A DNA stretch of 64,000 nt from Macrostomum lignano (GCA_002269645.1 NIVC01000104.1:62001-126000), one strand, 5' to 3'. Positions 25,046-37,324 are shown, numbered from the stretch's first letter. A program made the numbers and translations. The notes: a model not told the origin generated them from the letters alone.

Positions 25046-27184
25046 CTGTCTCAAGATGTGGCGCATGTGACAGGCGCCAATTCGCACCTGCTTAGCCGAG
25101 TATAAATAAAGTCCCTCCCACAAGTTTTTTTAGTTTCTGGTTGAACAGCAGCAGATTTACAACTCTTGATTTAAGTAATCATATTTATTTTTATTCTGTT
25201 TGCTATGTCCTTGTGCTTGGTTGAGTTCCATCCACCCCTATCCAGGTGTATGCTGATATTATTAAATATGAATATTATTCATAATTTTAAGCCATTTCCT
25301 GCTTTATAATTTGTACACTGGCCTTTCAATAACTTTTTTATGATTATGATCTCTGCTTTTTTGGATGCGGAGATCATCCATTGTTCGTATATTGTCGTTT
25401 TAATGTGCTTTTTAATTACATTTGGAATGTATTGATTTGTCTTATGGAGTGCAAGGTATTAGATGTATTAGACCCACACAGCTTCCCTTATGATATTCAA
25501 TCAGTTTTTAAGTTTTATTTCTGCTTCGCCGTAGAACACCAGGGAAGTGTGTTAGCAACAGAAGTTTTTTTCTATACATATCGGTAGTTTTCAGTCGAAG
25601 CCCTTCCCTGGAGGGCTAAATCGTTAACGGTGGCGTTGCTTTTATATAGGAACTTCGGTTTATTTAGACAGCCTCGTTTCGGTTGCAATTGCTGCAATTT
25701 TCAATGCTTCCTTTCTATTGTGTGCTGCTTGTCAGGTCTGCGTGACTGACTGCTGCTTTTAGTTCCACGCCATCCCCATTTTGTCACAGGCAACTGCGCA
25801 TGATTTCACTGTTTTCTCCAACTTGAATTTCTGCTTTCTAATTGCTAGCTAAATATTTAATATTTGCAGCAGGGCTCTTGGGGACAATGCCAGTAGGGTG
25901 GTTGGATAATCAGAACTTATTTCGATACATGTCGGCAGGCAAATCAGTAACAAAGTTCAACCCGGAAAAAGCACACATCTTGCAGGTGTTAAATAGAAAT
26001 CTCAAATCCCACACTGTTTCACTCTTTGTTTGTTCTACTCGCATTCGTATTTGCTTTTTCTGGTCAGAGTCAGTTTTCTTTTTGAGGTTTTTCTGCTTTG
26101 TTAACTCCATTGACCGTTGCATTGCTGCATTGCTATCTCTCTCTGGCTCTCCCTGTGTTTCTTCTTTCTGTCTGGCAATTTGCGCGTCTGCTTAGGAAAT
26201 GCGTGTTTGTTATAATAAAACTGGTATGCTTATTGAGCAAGACGCGGGCCAATCTAAATTAATATATATTTATTATCAGCTACTCACAGTCTTCTGCATC
26301 CCTGAACTGCTGAAACAGGACCGTTAGAAAGCAATGGTTGGAATCAAAATTGAAGCAAGGCATGTGTATTATTATTATATACTATTTACTATTATATTAA
26401 TATTATGCATATACTAATGACTATGAATATTGAATTGTCGGATTATATAAATAAATAAAAAAGTATATATTCATATATATTACAGAACTAAAGTGAATTA
26501 AACTTTTTGTTCAAATATAAATCTTTATTGTCAGCCGTCAGTCGGTGCATACCAGAGCAGTCGAGCCACAGCACGGCACTAACAGACAGGGGAGACAAAA
26601 ATCAAAGTGTTATCGATCGACCAAATAATCTGAATTCCATAATGCTGCCGCCAACTCTTCCCTACCCAGCAACCCCCCCCCTTCGCTGCTTGGCAGCGGC
26701 TTGGGAGGTAAGGTCGAGTCTGGGGATTGTAGCACTTGACCCCAATCTAGCTTATTAATGTTAGTATACACTGCAGAATTCTATATATATATATAGAATC
26801 GTGGGACAATGGCTGCAGCCGAGGTTTCCAACAGTGCATGTAGAGTCATAGCAGGGGGTGGGCTGCAGTGTGCAAAGGAGAGAAAGGTAGAGCTGACGAT
26901 TGTGTGCTCCCAGTGCCCTGGGAGCAGTCATGATTGTTTGCCTAGAGCAATGGCGAAGCATATGAGGGGATAAGGATCGATGCGGGGAATTTTTGGTTCA
27001 CAATTGGAATGCGCTCTCACAGCTGTAAGAATGAATTTTTGAAAGTGCGTGCAGTGTACGCTGTATAACAATATTGAGCTCTTCTGCGTGGCCGAGAGCA
27101 GGGGGGGGGTTACTCGCAATAATGAGCCGATTTTCAAAATTAAAGCCGAATTCTTGTGCTGAGTCGAGTCCAGTAGACTACAGG

Positions 27185-29575
27185 CGATTCTCAGTCAGTA
27201 AAGTGAGCATGGATTATGGGCGATTCTGATTCAGCAGAGGGGATTATGGGCGATTCTCACCCAGTAGAGTGGATTATTAGCGATTCTCAGTCAGCAGAGG
27301 GGGGTATGGGCGATTCTCACCCAGTAGAGTGGATTATTAGCGATTCTCAGTCAGCATAGGGGGGTATGGGCGATTCTCACCCAGTAGAGTGGATTATGGG
27401 CGATTCTCAGTCAGCAGAGTGGATCATGGGCGATTCTCAGTCAGCAGAGTAGATCATGGGCGATTCTCAGTCAGCAGAGTAGATCATGGGCGATTCTCGG
27501 TTGGCAGAGTGGATTATGGGCGATTCTCAGTCAGCAGAGTAGATCATGGGTGATTCTCAGTCAGCAGACTGGATCATGGGCGATTCTCAGTCAGCAGAGT
27601 AGATCATGGGCGATTCTCGGTTGGCAGAGTGGATTATGGGCGATTCTCAGTCAGCAGACTGGATCATGGGCGATTCTCATTCAGCAGACTGGATCATGGG
27701 CGATTCTCAGTCAGCAGACTGGATCATGGGCGATTCTCAGTCAGCAGAATGAATTATGGGCGATTCTCAGTTGGTAGGTATAGTAGATTATGGGCGATTC
27801 TCAGTTGGTAGGTATAGTAGATTATGGGCGATTCTCAGTTAGTAAGTATAGTAGATTATGGGCGATTCTCAGTTGGTAGGTATAGTAGATTATGGGCGAT
27901 TCTCAGTTGGTAGGTATAGTAGATTATGGGCGATTCTCAGTTGGTAGGTATAGTAGATTATGGGCGATTCTCAGTTGGTAGGTATAGTAGATTATGGGCG
28001 ATTCTCAGTTGGTAAGTATAGTAGATTATGGGCGATTCTCAGTTGGTAGGTATAGTAGATTATGGGCGATTCTCAGTTGGTAGGTATAGTAGATTATGGG
28101 CGATTCTCAGTTGGTAAGTATAGTAGATTATGGGCGATTCTCAGTTGGTAGGTATAGTAGATTATGGGCGATTCTCAGTTGGTAAGTATAGTAGATTATG
28201 GGCGATTCTCAGTTGGTAGGTATAGTAGATTATGGGCGATTCTCAGTTGGTAGGTATAGTAGATTATGGGCGATTCTCAGTTGGTAGGTAGAGTTCATTA
28301 TGAGTGATTCTGATTCAGCAGAGTGGATCATGGGTGATTCTGATTCAGCAGAGTGGATCATGGGTGATTCTGATTCAGCAGAGTGGATCATGGGTGATTC
28401 TGATTCAGCAGAGTGGATCATGGGTGATTCTGATTCAGCAGAGTGGATCATGGGTGATTCTGATTCAGCAGAGTGGATCATGGGTGATTCTGATTCAGCA
28501 GAGTGGATCATGGGTGATTCTGATTCAGTAGAGTGGATCATGGGTGATTCTGATTCAGCAGAGTGGATCATGGGTGATTCTGATTCAGCAGAGTGGATCA
28601 TGGGTGATTCTGATTCAGCAGAGTGGATCATGGGTGATTCTGATTCAGCAGAGTGGATCATGGGTGATTCTGATTCAGCAGAGTGGATCATGGGTGATTC
28701 TGATTCAGCAGAGTGGATCATGGGTGATTCTGATTCAGCAGAGTGGATCATGGGTGATTCTGATTCAGCAGAGTGGATCATGGGTGATTCTGATTCAGCA
28801 GAGTGGATCATGGGTGATTCTGATTCAGCAGAGTGGATCATGGGTGATTCTGATTCAGCAGAGTGGATCATGGGTGATTCTGATTCAGCAGAGTGGATCA
28901 TGGGTGATTCTGATTCAGCAGAGTGGATCATGGGTGATTCTGATTCAGCAGAGTGGATCATGGGTGATTCTGATTCAGCAGAGTGATGATTCTGATTCAG
29001 TAGAGTGGATCATGGGTGATTCTGATTCAGCAGAGTGGATCATGGGTGATTCTGATTCAGCAGAGTGGATCATGGGTGATTCTGATTCAGCAGAGTGGAT
29101 CATGGGTGATTCTGATTCAGCAGAGTGATGATTCTGATTCAGTAGAGTGGATCATGGGTGATTCTGATTCAGCAGAGTGGATCATGGGTGATTCTGATTC
29201 AGCAGAGTGGATCATGGGTGATTCTGATTCAGCAGAGTGGATCATGGGTGATTCTGATTCAGTAGAGTGGATCATGGGTGATTCTGATTCAGCAGAGTGG
29301 ATCATGGGTGATTCTGATTCAGCAGAGTGGATCATGGGTGATTCTGATTCAGCAGAGTGGATCGTGGGTGATTCTGATTCAGCAGAGTGGATCATGGGTG
29401 ATTCTGATTCAGCAGAGTGGATCATGGGTGATTCTGATTCAGCAGAGTGGATCATGGGTGATTCTGATTCAGCAGAGTGGATCGTGGGTGATTCTGATTC
29501 AGCAGAGTGGATCATGGGTGATTCTGATTCAGCAGAGTGGATCGTGGGTGATTCTGATTCAGCAGAGTGGATCAT
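27185..29575. repeat. Composite array: a 30-bp block, a 34-bp block and a near-perfect 30-bp block sharing ATGGGYGATTCT
   Basis: Blocks at about 27185-27770, 27770-28290 and 28300-29575. Confidence 0.95.
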
Positions 29576-30397
29576 GCTTTCATATCCGGTACCGGTTTAG
29601 GCTACAAGTTGATTAAATGTTGCAGCAACAGACCAACTCAAATACGGAGATCAATGTTATTTTGTTGCCAATGTAAACAAGACCAAATTGCTCAGAGTAT
29701 CAGATTTATTAATAACAACTCATAATTAAAGTTGTTCCAGATCGACCCTGTACTGTACTGAGCACAAAAACAATATAAAATTTTTAAGGAAGACCAAAGT
29801 CACCAAAAAGATTATTTTTTAATAAAAAAACAGGTAAGCTAAACAACACATGGAATGGATTTTGGTAGCAAAAATACAACAACAACAAGAAATGTGGAGC
29901 AAAAGTCACCACCAGACCAACAGCCAATAAGCAAGAGTGCAAAAATGCAGTATTGTAAAATTAAATATTAATAATACATTTGAAGTAAAACATAGGTCAA
30001 CTATATACAAATCACGGTGAATAATAAAAACTTATACATAGACAGACATCGGAAAAAATCTATAATTAGAGTTGCTACGAAAAAATACGTTCGTATGCGC
30101 AACGCACTACTAACACGAAGAACTCGCATGGGACTTTACTGTCTAAAAAGCATATTTGAAGTCTCGAACTTGCAGAAATTGTTACTAAGTAGTAAAATTA
30201 GCGTTTTATTTTATTTTACGAAAAAAATTTCAAAGACTACTACAGCCTTAAACCTATAATATTGCTAAGCAATTTACCAGTGAGTAGTAAAAACAGTGTT
30301 TTTGATATTTTATTTGTAGTTTCTTTTAAAAATCGCGCAATTCAGTAAGTAGTATAAACAGCTTCTTTGTCTGTTTTTATTAAAATTTTCTTAAAAT

Positions 30398-32077
30398 TCA
30401 CGTCTCACGCCGTCTGCCGCCGCCCGACGCTCGACTGGCCGCCGCCAGCTGAGCCTCCGCCTTCTCCGCCCTCGCCTCGGCGGCGCGCAGCATCTCAGCC
30501 AGTCTGGCCTCCTGCGCGTCGCGCATTCGCGCCTCCTCTTCAATCAGTTCAAGCGTAGATTCGAATTTCGCTCGCAGTTCGTCTTCGCCGCCGTCCTCCA
30601 GCTGCTCGCCAGCCTCATCTTCGTAATCCTCGTCTGGATTATTGGCATCGAGTTGGGCGCCAGCTCGCTGTCTCGAATGGGCGCTGGGATCGCCCAGGGC
30701 GCGTTGCATCGAATACAAAATCCTGGCATTCTCAAGCTCCTCCTCCAGCTGGCGGCAGCGGGCGGTCAGGACGGCGTTCTCCTCCACCAGCTGGTCGCTG
30801 CCGGCGCCGTTCTCGTAGGAATCGGCAACGAAATCTTCGTTCTCGTAGACGTCCTGCTGCTGTTGTTGGTTTCGACGCTGTCGCTGCTGCCGCTGGCGCT
30901 GCTGCTGCTGTTGAATGATTTCGCCAGCGTCGGCAGCTTCCAGCCTGGCTAGAAGACCGTCCACATCGTCGCCAACTTGTTGGACGTCGTCGTCCATCTC
31001 GCCGACATTTCGATAGGCGGCCGGCCAAGGCTCAGCGTCGGCTTCGGTGCCTGGGTGAAGAGATTTATAATGATAGAATTGCAGATGTTGCTACTTGTGA
31101 GTAGTTCAATTAGAGTGAGAAAAAGTAAGTTTCCCCAATTATAAATTCAATAGTTGGCTCTTGGATCTGGCTGAAGTTTACGATCTACGTATTAAGCTGA
31201 AATTCTAGTTGGATTCCAACTCTCTCTTTTCAATCTCCGCCCTCTACCCCTCTCTCCTCCCTCTACCCCTCTCTCCTCCCTCTCCTCTCCCTGTGGTGGG
31301 ATTAGCAAAAGATCGATTTCGCATATCTATTTAGTGATTTCAAGGACGACAAAATCATTCTTCTCTGCATGTCAGCTCCAGAAGATGCTAGTTTGCTTGC
31401 AGCTTTCTGTAGGAGCATTCTACTTTAGTAAAGTGTGGAGAGAGGGGTAGAGGGAGGAGAGAGGGGTAGAGGGAAGAGAGAGGGGTAGAGGGAGGACAGA
31501 GGGGTAGAGGGAAGAGGGAGGAGAGAGGGGTACTATACAGATCAATAATTATTGCTTTACCAGCGGCCAGAGCCTCGGCCCGTTCCAGCGCCAGATCTCG
31601 CTCGGTGTTGGCCAGTCGGATTCGTTGCACAGCTGCCTCATCCCGAGTCCGCTGGTCTCGCTGCAGACTCTCCACCAAGTCGTAGGCCCGACTGGTCGCC
31701 AGAGCTTCGGCTTCGACGCGTTGAGAATCGAGCTCGCGACGTAGACGCTTGTTGTCGGCTTCGAGCACGGCGACACGGCGACGCAGATTAGCGATGTCGG
31801 CGTTGGCCGATTCCAGTTCGGAAAGCAGGGTGGCCACGCCAGCTGAGTGACCCGGATGCTGGCTGGCTGGAGCTGCAGCTGATGCGTGCGGCGATGGAGT
31901 CGCGGTGGCAGCTGGATAGCGACTGTGCGAAGCTGCTCCGAGTCGGTCAGCCAGCTGATCATTCACATCGGCCGTGTTGTACATGTCTACTAGGAGCACA
32001 GAGCCGTCTCTGTCAGCGGCTGAGCTGTAACCGCCGTCAGCTGCTGGTCGATGATGGCGCCTGTCTGTTGCGGAGGC
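30398..32077 (-). CDS. MIPOL1: MIPOL1-like coiled-coil protein. Exons: 32077-31561 and 31050-30398. First in-frame ATG at 31984; the true N-terminus is uncertain
   Basis: QRDQRTRDEAAVQRIRLANTERDLALERAE, GLLARLEAADAGEII and CRQLEEELENARILYSMQRAL resemble MIPOL1 motifs as recalled (ERDEAVMSRLQLAIEERDEAIAR; YKKLEEEIQTLRVYYSLHKSL). The phase-1 GT-AG intron keeps the frame. A sense-strand AATAAA lies at 30381-30376, just after the stop. Confidence 0.72.
31240..31532. repeat. Inverted pair of short CT-rich and GA-rich repeats in the MIPOL1 intron
   Basis: CTCTACCCCTCTCTCCTCC units at 31240-31290 are the reverse complement of GGAGGAGAGAGGGGTAGAG units at 31437-31532. Confidence 0.8.
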
Positions 32078-32097
32078 CTGCAAGCAATGGCGGACAG

Positions 32098-32306
32098 GTG
32101 AAGAGGCTGGCTGCTCAGCTTAGGAATAAGGTGAGAATGGCTGCTCAGCTTGAGGATCAGGTGAGGAGAGTGGCTGCTCAGCTTGAGGATCAGGTGAGGA
32201 GAGTGGCTGGCTGCTCAGCTTGAGGATCAGGTGAGGAGAGTGGCAGCTCAGCTTGAGGATCAGGTGAGGAGAGTGGCTGGCTGCTCAGATTGAGGATCAG
32301 GTGAGG
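32098..32306. repeat. 33-bp minisatellite CAGGTGAGGAGAGTGGCTGCTCAGCTTGAGGAT; second block at 34412-34516
   Basis: The identical unit occurs at both sites. Confidence 0.9.
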
Positions 32307-33509
32307 AATTCGATAAAAAATTAGAAGAGGCATTATCTTAAAATTTATATTTATATTTAATATTCTGATTACAAATATTTTCAATATTAAACAATTCACA
32401 AAGCACAGAGCAAAGGTTAGTAAAGGGCAAAAATGGCGGAAAGATTGAAAAGATCAAATAATTTTTTATTATGAAGGGTTATTAAAGTGAATAAACTAAT
32501 CTCGAAAAAATAAAGAAATAAATAAAGTATGTGGGCTGATTTCTTAATTACCAATACTAAAATCAATCTAGCAAATATTTTCAAAGAAATGAAGTGCACG
32601 GAATGAATGATTTTTATAAGTAGTGACGCAAATTAATAAAAGTTAAACAGGTCTGATAAAACAAACTAACTGCGAATATTCTAAAGTTTAAAAAATAGCA
32701 ATAATTTTTATTGCACTTAACTGAAGAAACACATCAGAACTGACAAAGGTTAAGTGCGATCTGTAGTAGGCAAGGCTGTTAAAAATTGAGTTAATCAATA
32801 ATTTTTATAAATGTGAAAGGAATGAAACATATTACTATCTTTGTTACTATAAGTAGTAAGAAAAGGATAGACAATAATTTGATTACAGAGTGGACACTGA
32901 AAATTAGGAAAGAGCTAGATTTTAAACAGAAGTTAGCAGAAAATAAAACACACATGCGCGCAGACGAGGCTGCTTACTAACAGTAGTAAGATTTTAGTAC
33001 GTCTGGAAAGAATGTTAAACACTTGCTACAAAAATAGGTTAATAAGTAACAAATTCTAAAGGGTTTTAAAATATTTCTTCACTGCTAATCTAAAGTAGGT
33101 GCAGACACAGCAGAACGGTGAAAAATGATTCTGATAAGCTCACAACATTTTGTTAGTAATAGTTAAGGAAAGAAGTTATTTGTGTATATAATACCTGCAA
33201 AGGTAGAATTGAGAGTAAAAAGCAATTAAAAGTTTTGCGTCCTATGCTAGCAACAGATAGAGCAGAGTACAAAAAGAAAAAAAAATCACACCATTTATTG
33301 GATGGGGTCACTTGACCACCCCGTTGGATCTGCCATTGTAAGCAACACAAGTTTGCCCGAGGTCTTCTGAATGATTTCTGTTACATTTTCAAGGCCTAGA
33401 GTTTCAGCTGTCAACGCAAACAACAAACACACGACTTGTCTAGCCTACTTGCGCAGTAGTATAATTAGCATCACATAAATAGACTTTAGTTTGTCTAACA
33501 TATCTTAGA

Positions 33510-34781
33510 CTACCGCCTAGTTAATCTCAGCATCAATGGCAGGTGCAAATCCGGTACAAACGATGCCGACTGCTCAGCAGACGCTGTCTGGCTGACCCTG
33601 GGGTCGTAATTATCCGACACGCCGACATCAAAGCCTGCCGCCTCGGCTAGGCGCGCGAAATCTTCTACGCTTCGGCCTCGACTGGGCGCGCAGATCAAAG
33701 CGAGGCCGCCTCTATGTTTATTACTGCCAGTAGCGGCTGGCGTCGGCAACATCAAAAGCTTATCTAAGGTTCTTATCAGCGCCCGATGCGACTCACGAAA
33801 GAATAGGCAATCGGCGCATAAAACCAGGTGAAAACGACCGTAATTATGCTTATCAAAGTCGGCATCCTCCCAAGCTAGCTGGGCCACCCTGGCCTCAATT
33901 CGACTTGTTTGATCCTCGCCGCCAGTTAAAATTTGCCTATTAGCTGTTAAACACCTGGCCGCATTCTCGCATGCTAATTGATCGCCGTCAGTTAGCAGCA
34001 GGTGGCTGAGCCTTGGCCGCAGAGCTGCACCCGCGGCTAGGCCAGCCAGACAGGTGAGACCGCCGCCCAATTCGCAAACTCTGATGCCGCTATCGCCATC
34101 GAACTCTTTAGGAATCAGTTCGCCTGCTTTAGCCTGGGCGATCACATAGTGGGCTAGGACCTCTTCGCTAGGCCAGACACAAATATTTCCGGTGTTATTT
34201 CCATTGCCGCTTTGGTTACTGCCTATAATACTACTATTAGTAGTCTTGCTGTTGTTATTGCCGTCACCGAGAGCTGCGGGTGTCAGGCAAGCTGTCGCCG
34301 GGACGCGCTGTCGCAGGTACAATTGTAGCCTGATTTCTGGATGATCCACGTGCTGCCACGTCTGCAGAATGGCATTTAAGAGTGGCGAGGGCAGGTGTTA
34401 GAAAATGTCAGAGTGAGGAGTGGCTGCTCAGCTTGAGGATCAGGTGAGGAGAGTGGCTGCTCAGCTTGAGGATCAGGTGAGGAGAGTGGCTGGCTGCCCA
34501 GCTCGAGGATCAGGTGTAAACACTGGAATAAAGAAGCTCATAACGAGAGCATGTATCCCCACCTGTTCAAGGAATTCATCAGCGCTGCGAGCTCCAGCCG
34601 CTTCAGTAATGTCAAACAGACCAAACTGACAGAACTGGCGCACAGTGGTCAGCGAGTTGAGCTCCTTGACGCTGACAGACTTGCCCTGGCCGTAGCTGGC
34701 TACAGCTCGCGACAGCAGACGCCAACGCTGGCGAGCTACCGTCGAAGAAGCGACACCATCAGTTGCCGCTTCGCCGTTCAT
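33510..34781 (-). CDS. CAMKMT: Calmodulin-lysine N-methyltransferase, about 356 aa. Exons: 34781-34563 and 34361-33510
   Basis: ARQRWRLL N-terminus, VRQFCQFGLF, NNTGNICVWPSEEVLAHY, SAM-binding motif VCELGGGLTCLAGL, LLTDGD, CADCLFF and APSRG. The intron 34562-34362 is phase 0, GT-AG. Confidence 0.92.
34412..34516. repeat. The same 33-bp minisatellite in the CAMKMT intron
   Basis: Identical unit to 32098-32306. Confidence 0.9.
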
Positions 34782-35652
34782 TTACTCTTCTTCTCAGGTG
34801 TTAATAAACGCACGCAGATGCCAGCTTTTTCGACTTATCTAGCTTGATCTGCCACTTTTTGCCGGAAATTGAGTGCAGCTGCCAACTGCCTTGGTTGGCT
34901 GTGGGAGATTAATTTGAAGAGTCGATTGAGTTTACGGCCTATGATGGCAGGTTTCGATGCTAGAATTGTACAGCTTGGATTATGATCAGTGCTTGTACCT
35001 GCTGTAATACTTGTATAATTATTGCAAAAACCTGTTGTTTTTTATTTTAAATAGGATTAAACGATGTAATATTAATACTGCGATTACATATTGTACTACT
35101 ATTTCTGTGAGCACATATTTACTACGATTTACGTGGGTGCATTTTGTACTATTATTACTGCTAGTACATATTCTACAATTATTACTGCGAGTACATACTG
35201 TACTATTAATACTGCGAGTACATACTGTACTATTAATACTGCGAGTACATACTGTACTATTAATACTGCGAGTACATACTGTACTATTAATACTGCGAGT
35301 ACATACTGTACTATTAATACTGCGAGTACATACTGTACTATTAATACTGCGAGTACATACTGTACTATTAATACTGCGAGTACATACTGTACTATTAATA
35401 CTGCGAGTACATACTGTACTATTAATACTGCGAGTACATACCGTACTATTAATACTGCGAGTACATACTGTACTATTAATACTGCGAGTACATACTGTAC
35501 TATTAATACTGCGAGTACATACCGTACTATTAATACTGCGAGTACATACCGTACTATTAATACTGCGAGTACATACTGTACTATTAATACTGCGAGTACA
35601 TACCGTACTATTAATACTGCGAGTACATACTGTACTATTAATACTGCGAGTA

Positions 35653-36606
35653 CGAGGGGCATTCAAAAAGTTTTGGCAACTGCATATGCAGATATACTTT
35701 GGCTCAAGCAAAATGCACTAAATTTTAGGAATGTCTTTAGTAACATGCCTGATACCAACGTATAAACTTTCAGCTCAATAGCTTCACCCGTTATTGCACA
35801 ATTCACAGCTAACCATAACTAAGTTTCAGCTTCTGACATAATATGGAAAATATCAGCTCAGAAAATGCGCGCTTCTACATCTTCATGCGCGTACAACTTG
35901 GAGAAAACGCCACCAAAATTCATGCCGACTTAGCACAGGTGATAGGGGATCAAGCTCCATCTTATAGAACTGTTGCGCAATGGATTGAGGCTTTTGGCGC
36001 CGGCAGGAGCAGCCTCAGTGACAACCCTCGATCTGGGAGGCCGAGCACAGCCGTGACCAAGAGCAACATTGACGCTGTGCAATCGCTGGTGGCTGAGGAC
36101 CCAAACATTTCTGTTGCCATACTGAGCCAGACACTTGGCATATCTGATAGCAGCGTTTTCACCATCCTGCATGATCAGCTGGGTCTCAGAAAAATCACAG
36201 CTCGTTGGGTGCCGCATCAGCTCACTGAGGAGCAGCGCCAGGAGCGGGTTCGCTGCAGTCAGGAGTTCTTGCGCTGCTTTGGTTCTGGCGGCACCAAGCG
36301 CCTCTCTGACATCGTCACATCGGACTTAGCTCCGTGCGACTTCTGGGCCTTCCCGAAATTGACGGAGAGGCTGGCTGGGCGCCGATTTCAGAGGCCGCAA
36401 GACCTGGCCCGCGCTATCAATTCAGAGTTGAGGGCATTCACTGAATCGGAGTACCGTGGCGCCTTTGATTCGTGGATACGGAGGCATCAGAAGTGCATAG
36501 AGCGCGGCGGAGACTACATAGAAGGACTGTAAACCCTTACTTTTAGAATAATAAGCTTCCACTAGATTTTAGTTGCCTGTTGCCAAAACTTTTTGAATGC
36601 CCCTCG
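35653..36606 (+). mobile_element. Mariner DNA transposon, 954 bp, non-autonomous deletion derivative, probably irritans-like
   Basis: Perfect 28-bp TIRs CGAGGGGCATTCAAAAAGTTTTGGCAAC (35653-35680 and reverse complement 36579-36606). TA duplication at 35651-35652 and 36607-36608, inside a 27-bp minisatellite unit. The subfamily is inferred from recalled similarity to the Hsmar2 TIR. Confidence 0.95.
35843..36532 (+). CDS. Internally deleted mariner transposase, 229 aa; DNA-binding domain intact, catalytic core missing
   Basis: N-terminal HTH (ATKIHADL...APSYRTVAQW...PRSGRP), ARWVPHQLT motif, then IVT fused directly to SDLAPCDFW. No HDNAxPH-type motif. The C-terminus WIRRHQKCIERGGDYIE is typical of mariners. 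Confidence 0.9.
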   Translation: MENISSENARFYIFMRVQLGENATKIHADLAQVIGDQAPSYRTVAQWIEAFGAGRSSLSDNPRSGRPSTAVTKSNIDAVQSLVAEDPNISVAILSQTLGISDSSVFTILHDQLGLRKITARWVPHQLTEEQRQERVRCSQEFLRCFGSGGTKRLSDIVTSDLAPCDFWAFPKLTERLAGRRFQRPQDLARAINSELRAFTESEYRGAFDSWIRRHQKCIERGGDYIEGL

Positions 36607-37324
36607 TACATACCGTACTATTAATACTGCGAGTACATACTGTACTATTAATACTGCGAGTGCATGCTGTACTAGAAAGCACTGGGTGTACAATGTACTT
36701 ACATCAAGCACTCAACTATGTAGAAAGTTTACCTACTAATAGAAATAATAATAGAAATAACCACTAATAAACTAACGGCAATTTTTATATCAGATGTGAA
36801 AAAAGAACAAAGTCAAAATGTGTTTACGGCAAAAAGGAAATAATAATTTAAGCATAATAAAAAGTTGTAACACATTTCGAATGCATACAGATATAGTACA
36901 CGTCACACAGAGCAGGGTAGTGAAAAAAAACATAAATGAAAAGGTTTGATATCACTGATAAATGATTAAAATTAAATAGCGCACGTTAGCATATACCAAC
37001 TATATGCCAGGCATAATGGTACTCTATGTGATGAGATTCTATAAATACACGTATAGTTATGACTCAACGAAAATAAAATTTTGATATATCAGCTTATTAT
37101 TGTACAACGCAGGTACACAGAACATGGACTTTCAAATCGCAGTCAATATATTGCTGCTTTTTTACATAATAAAATTGTATTATGCTTTAGAGAAGAAGGC
37201 CATCGCCTGTGGTTGAAGTTTATTTTTAAAGTGCGGAATCTGTCTTTTTAACAAAAAATGTAGAGTGCTTTGTGATTTGATCCAATGACTCTGGTATAGC
37301 ATTCTGGTCATGGCGGACTATCTT

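Larger units (their letters stand above)
35130..36675. repeat. 27-bp minisatellite GTACATACTGTACTATTAATACTGCGA, interrupted by the mariner
   Basis: The array resumes in register after the TA at 36607. Confidence 0.93.

Noticed and set aside
25300-26200. Possible transposon relic (VWDLRFLFNTCKMC, loosely BED-finger-like; degenerate Penelope-like motif near 25600)
   Set aside because: The ORF is short, lacks the His ligands and has no further recognisable domain or termini. It cannot be supported without a database search.
26778-26799. 22-bp perfect palindrome ATTCTATATATATATATAGAAT
   Set aside because: Mostly a self-complementary (TA)n tract with only 4 extra paired bases on each side.
28230-29616. 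MIHSAESESP and MGDSDSAEWI repeat proteins
   Set aside because: Artefacts of a 30-bp array.
30398-30410. Possible extra MIPOL1 exon via a C|GTGAGA donor near the stop
   Set aside because: An AATAAA follows within about 20 nt and no downstream coding exon is visible, so the stop at 30398 is preferred.
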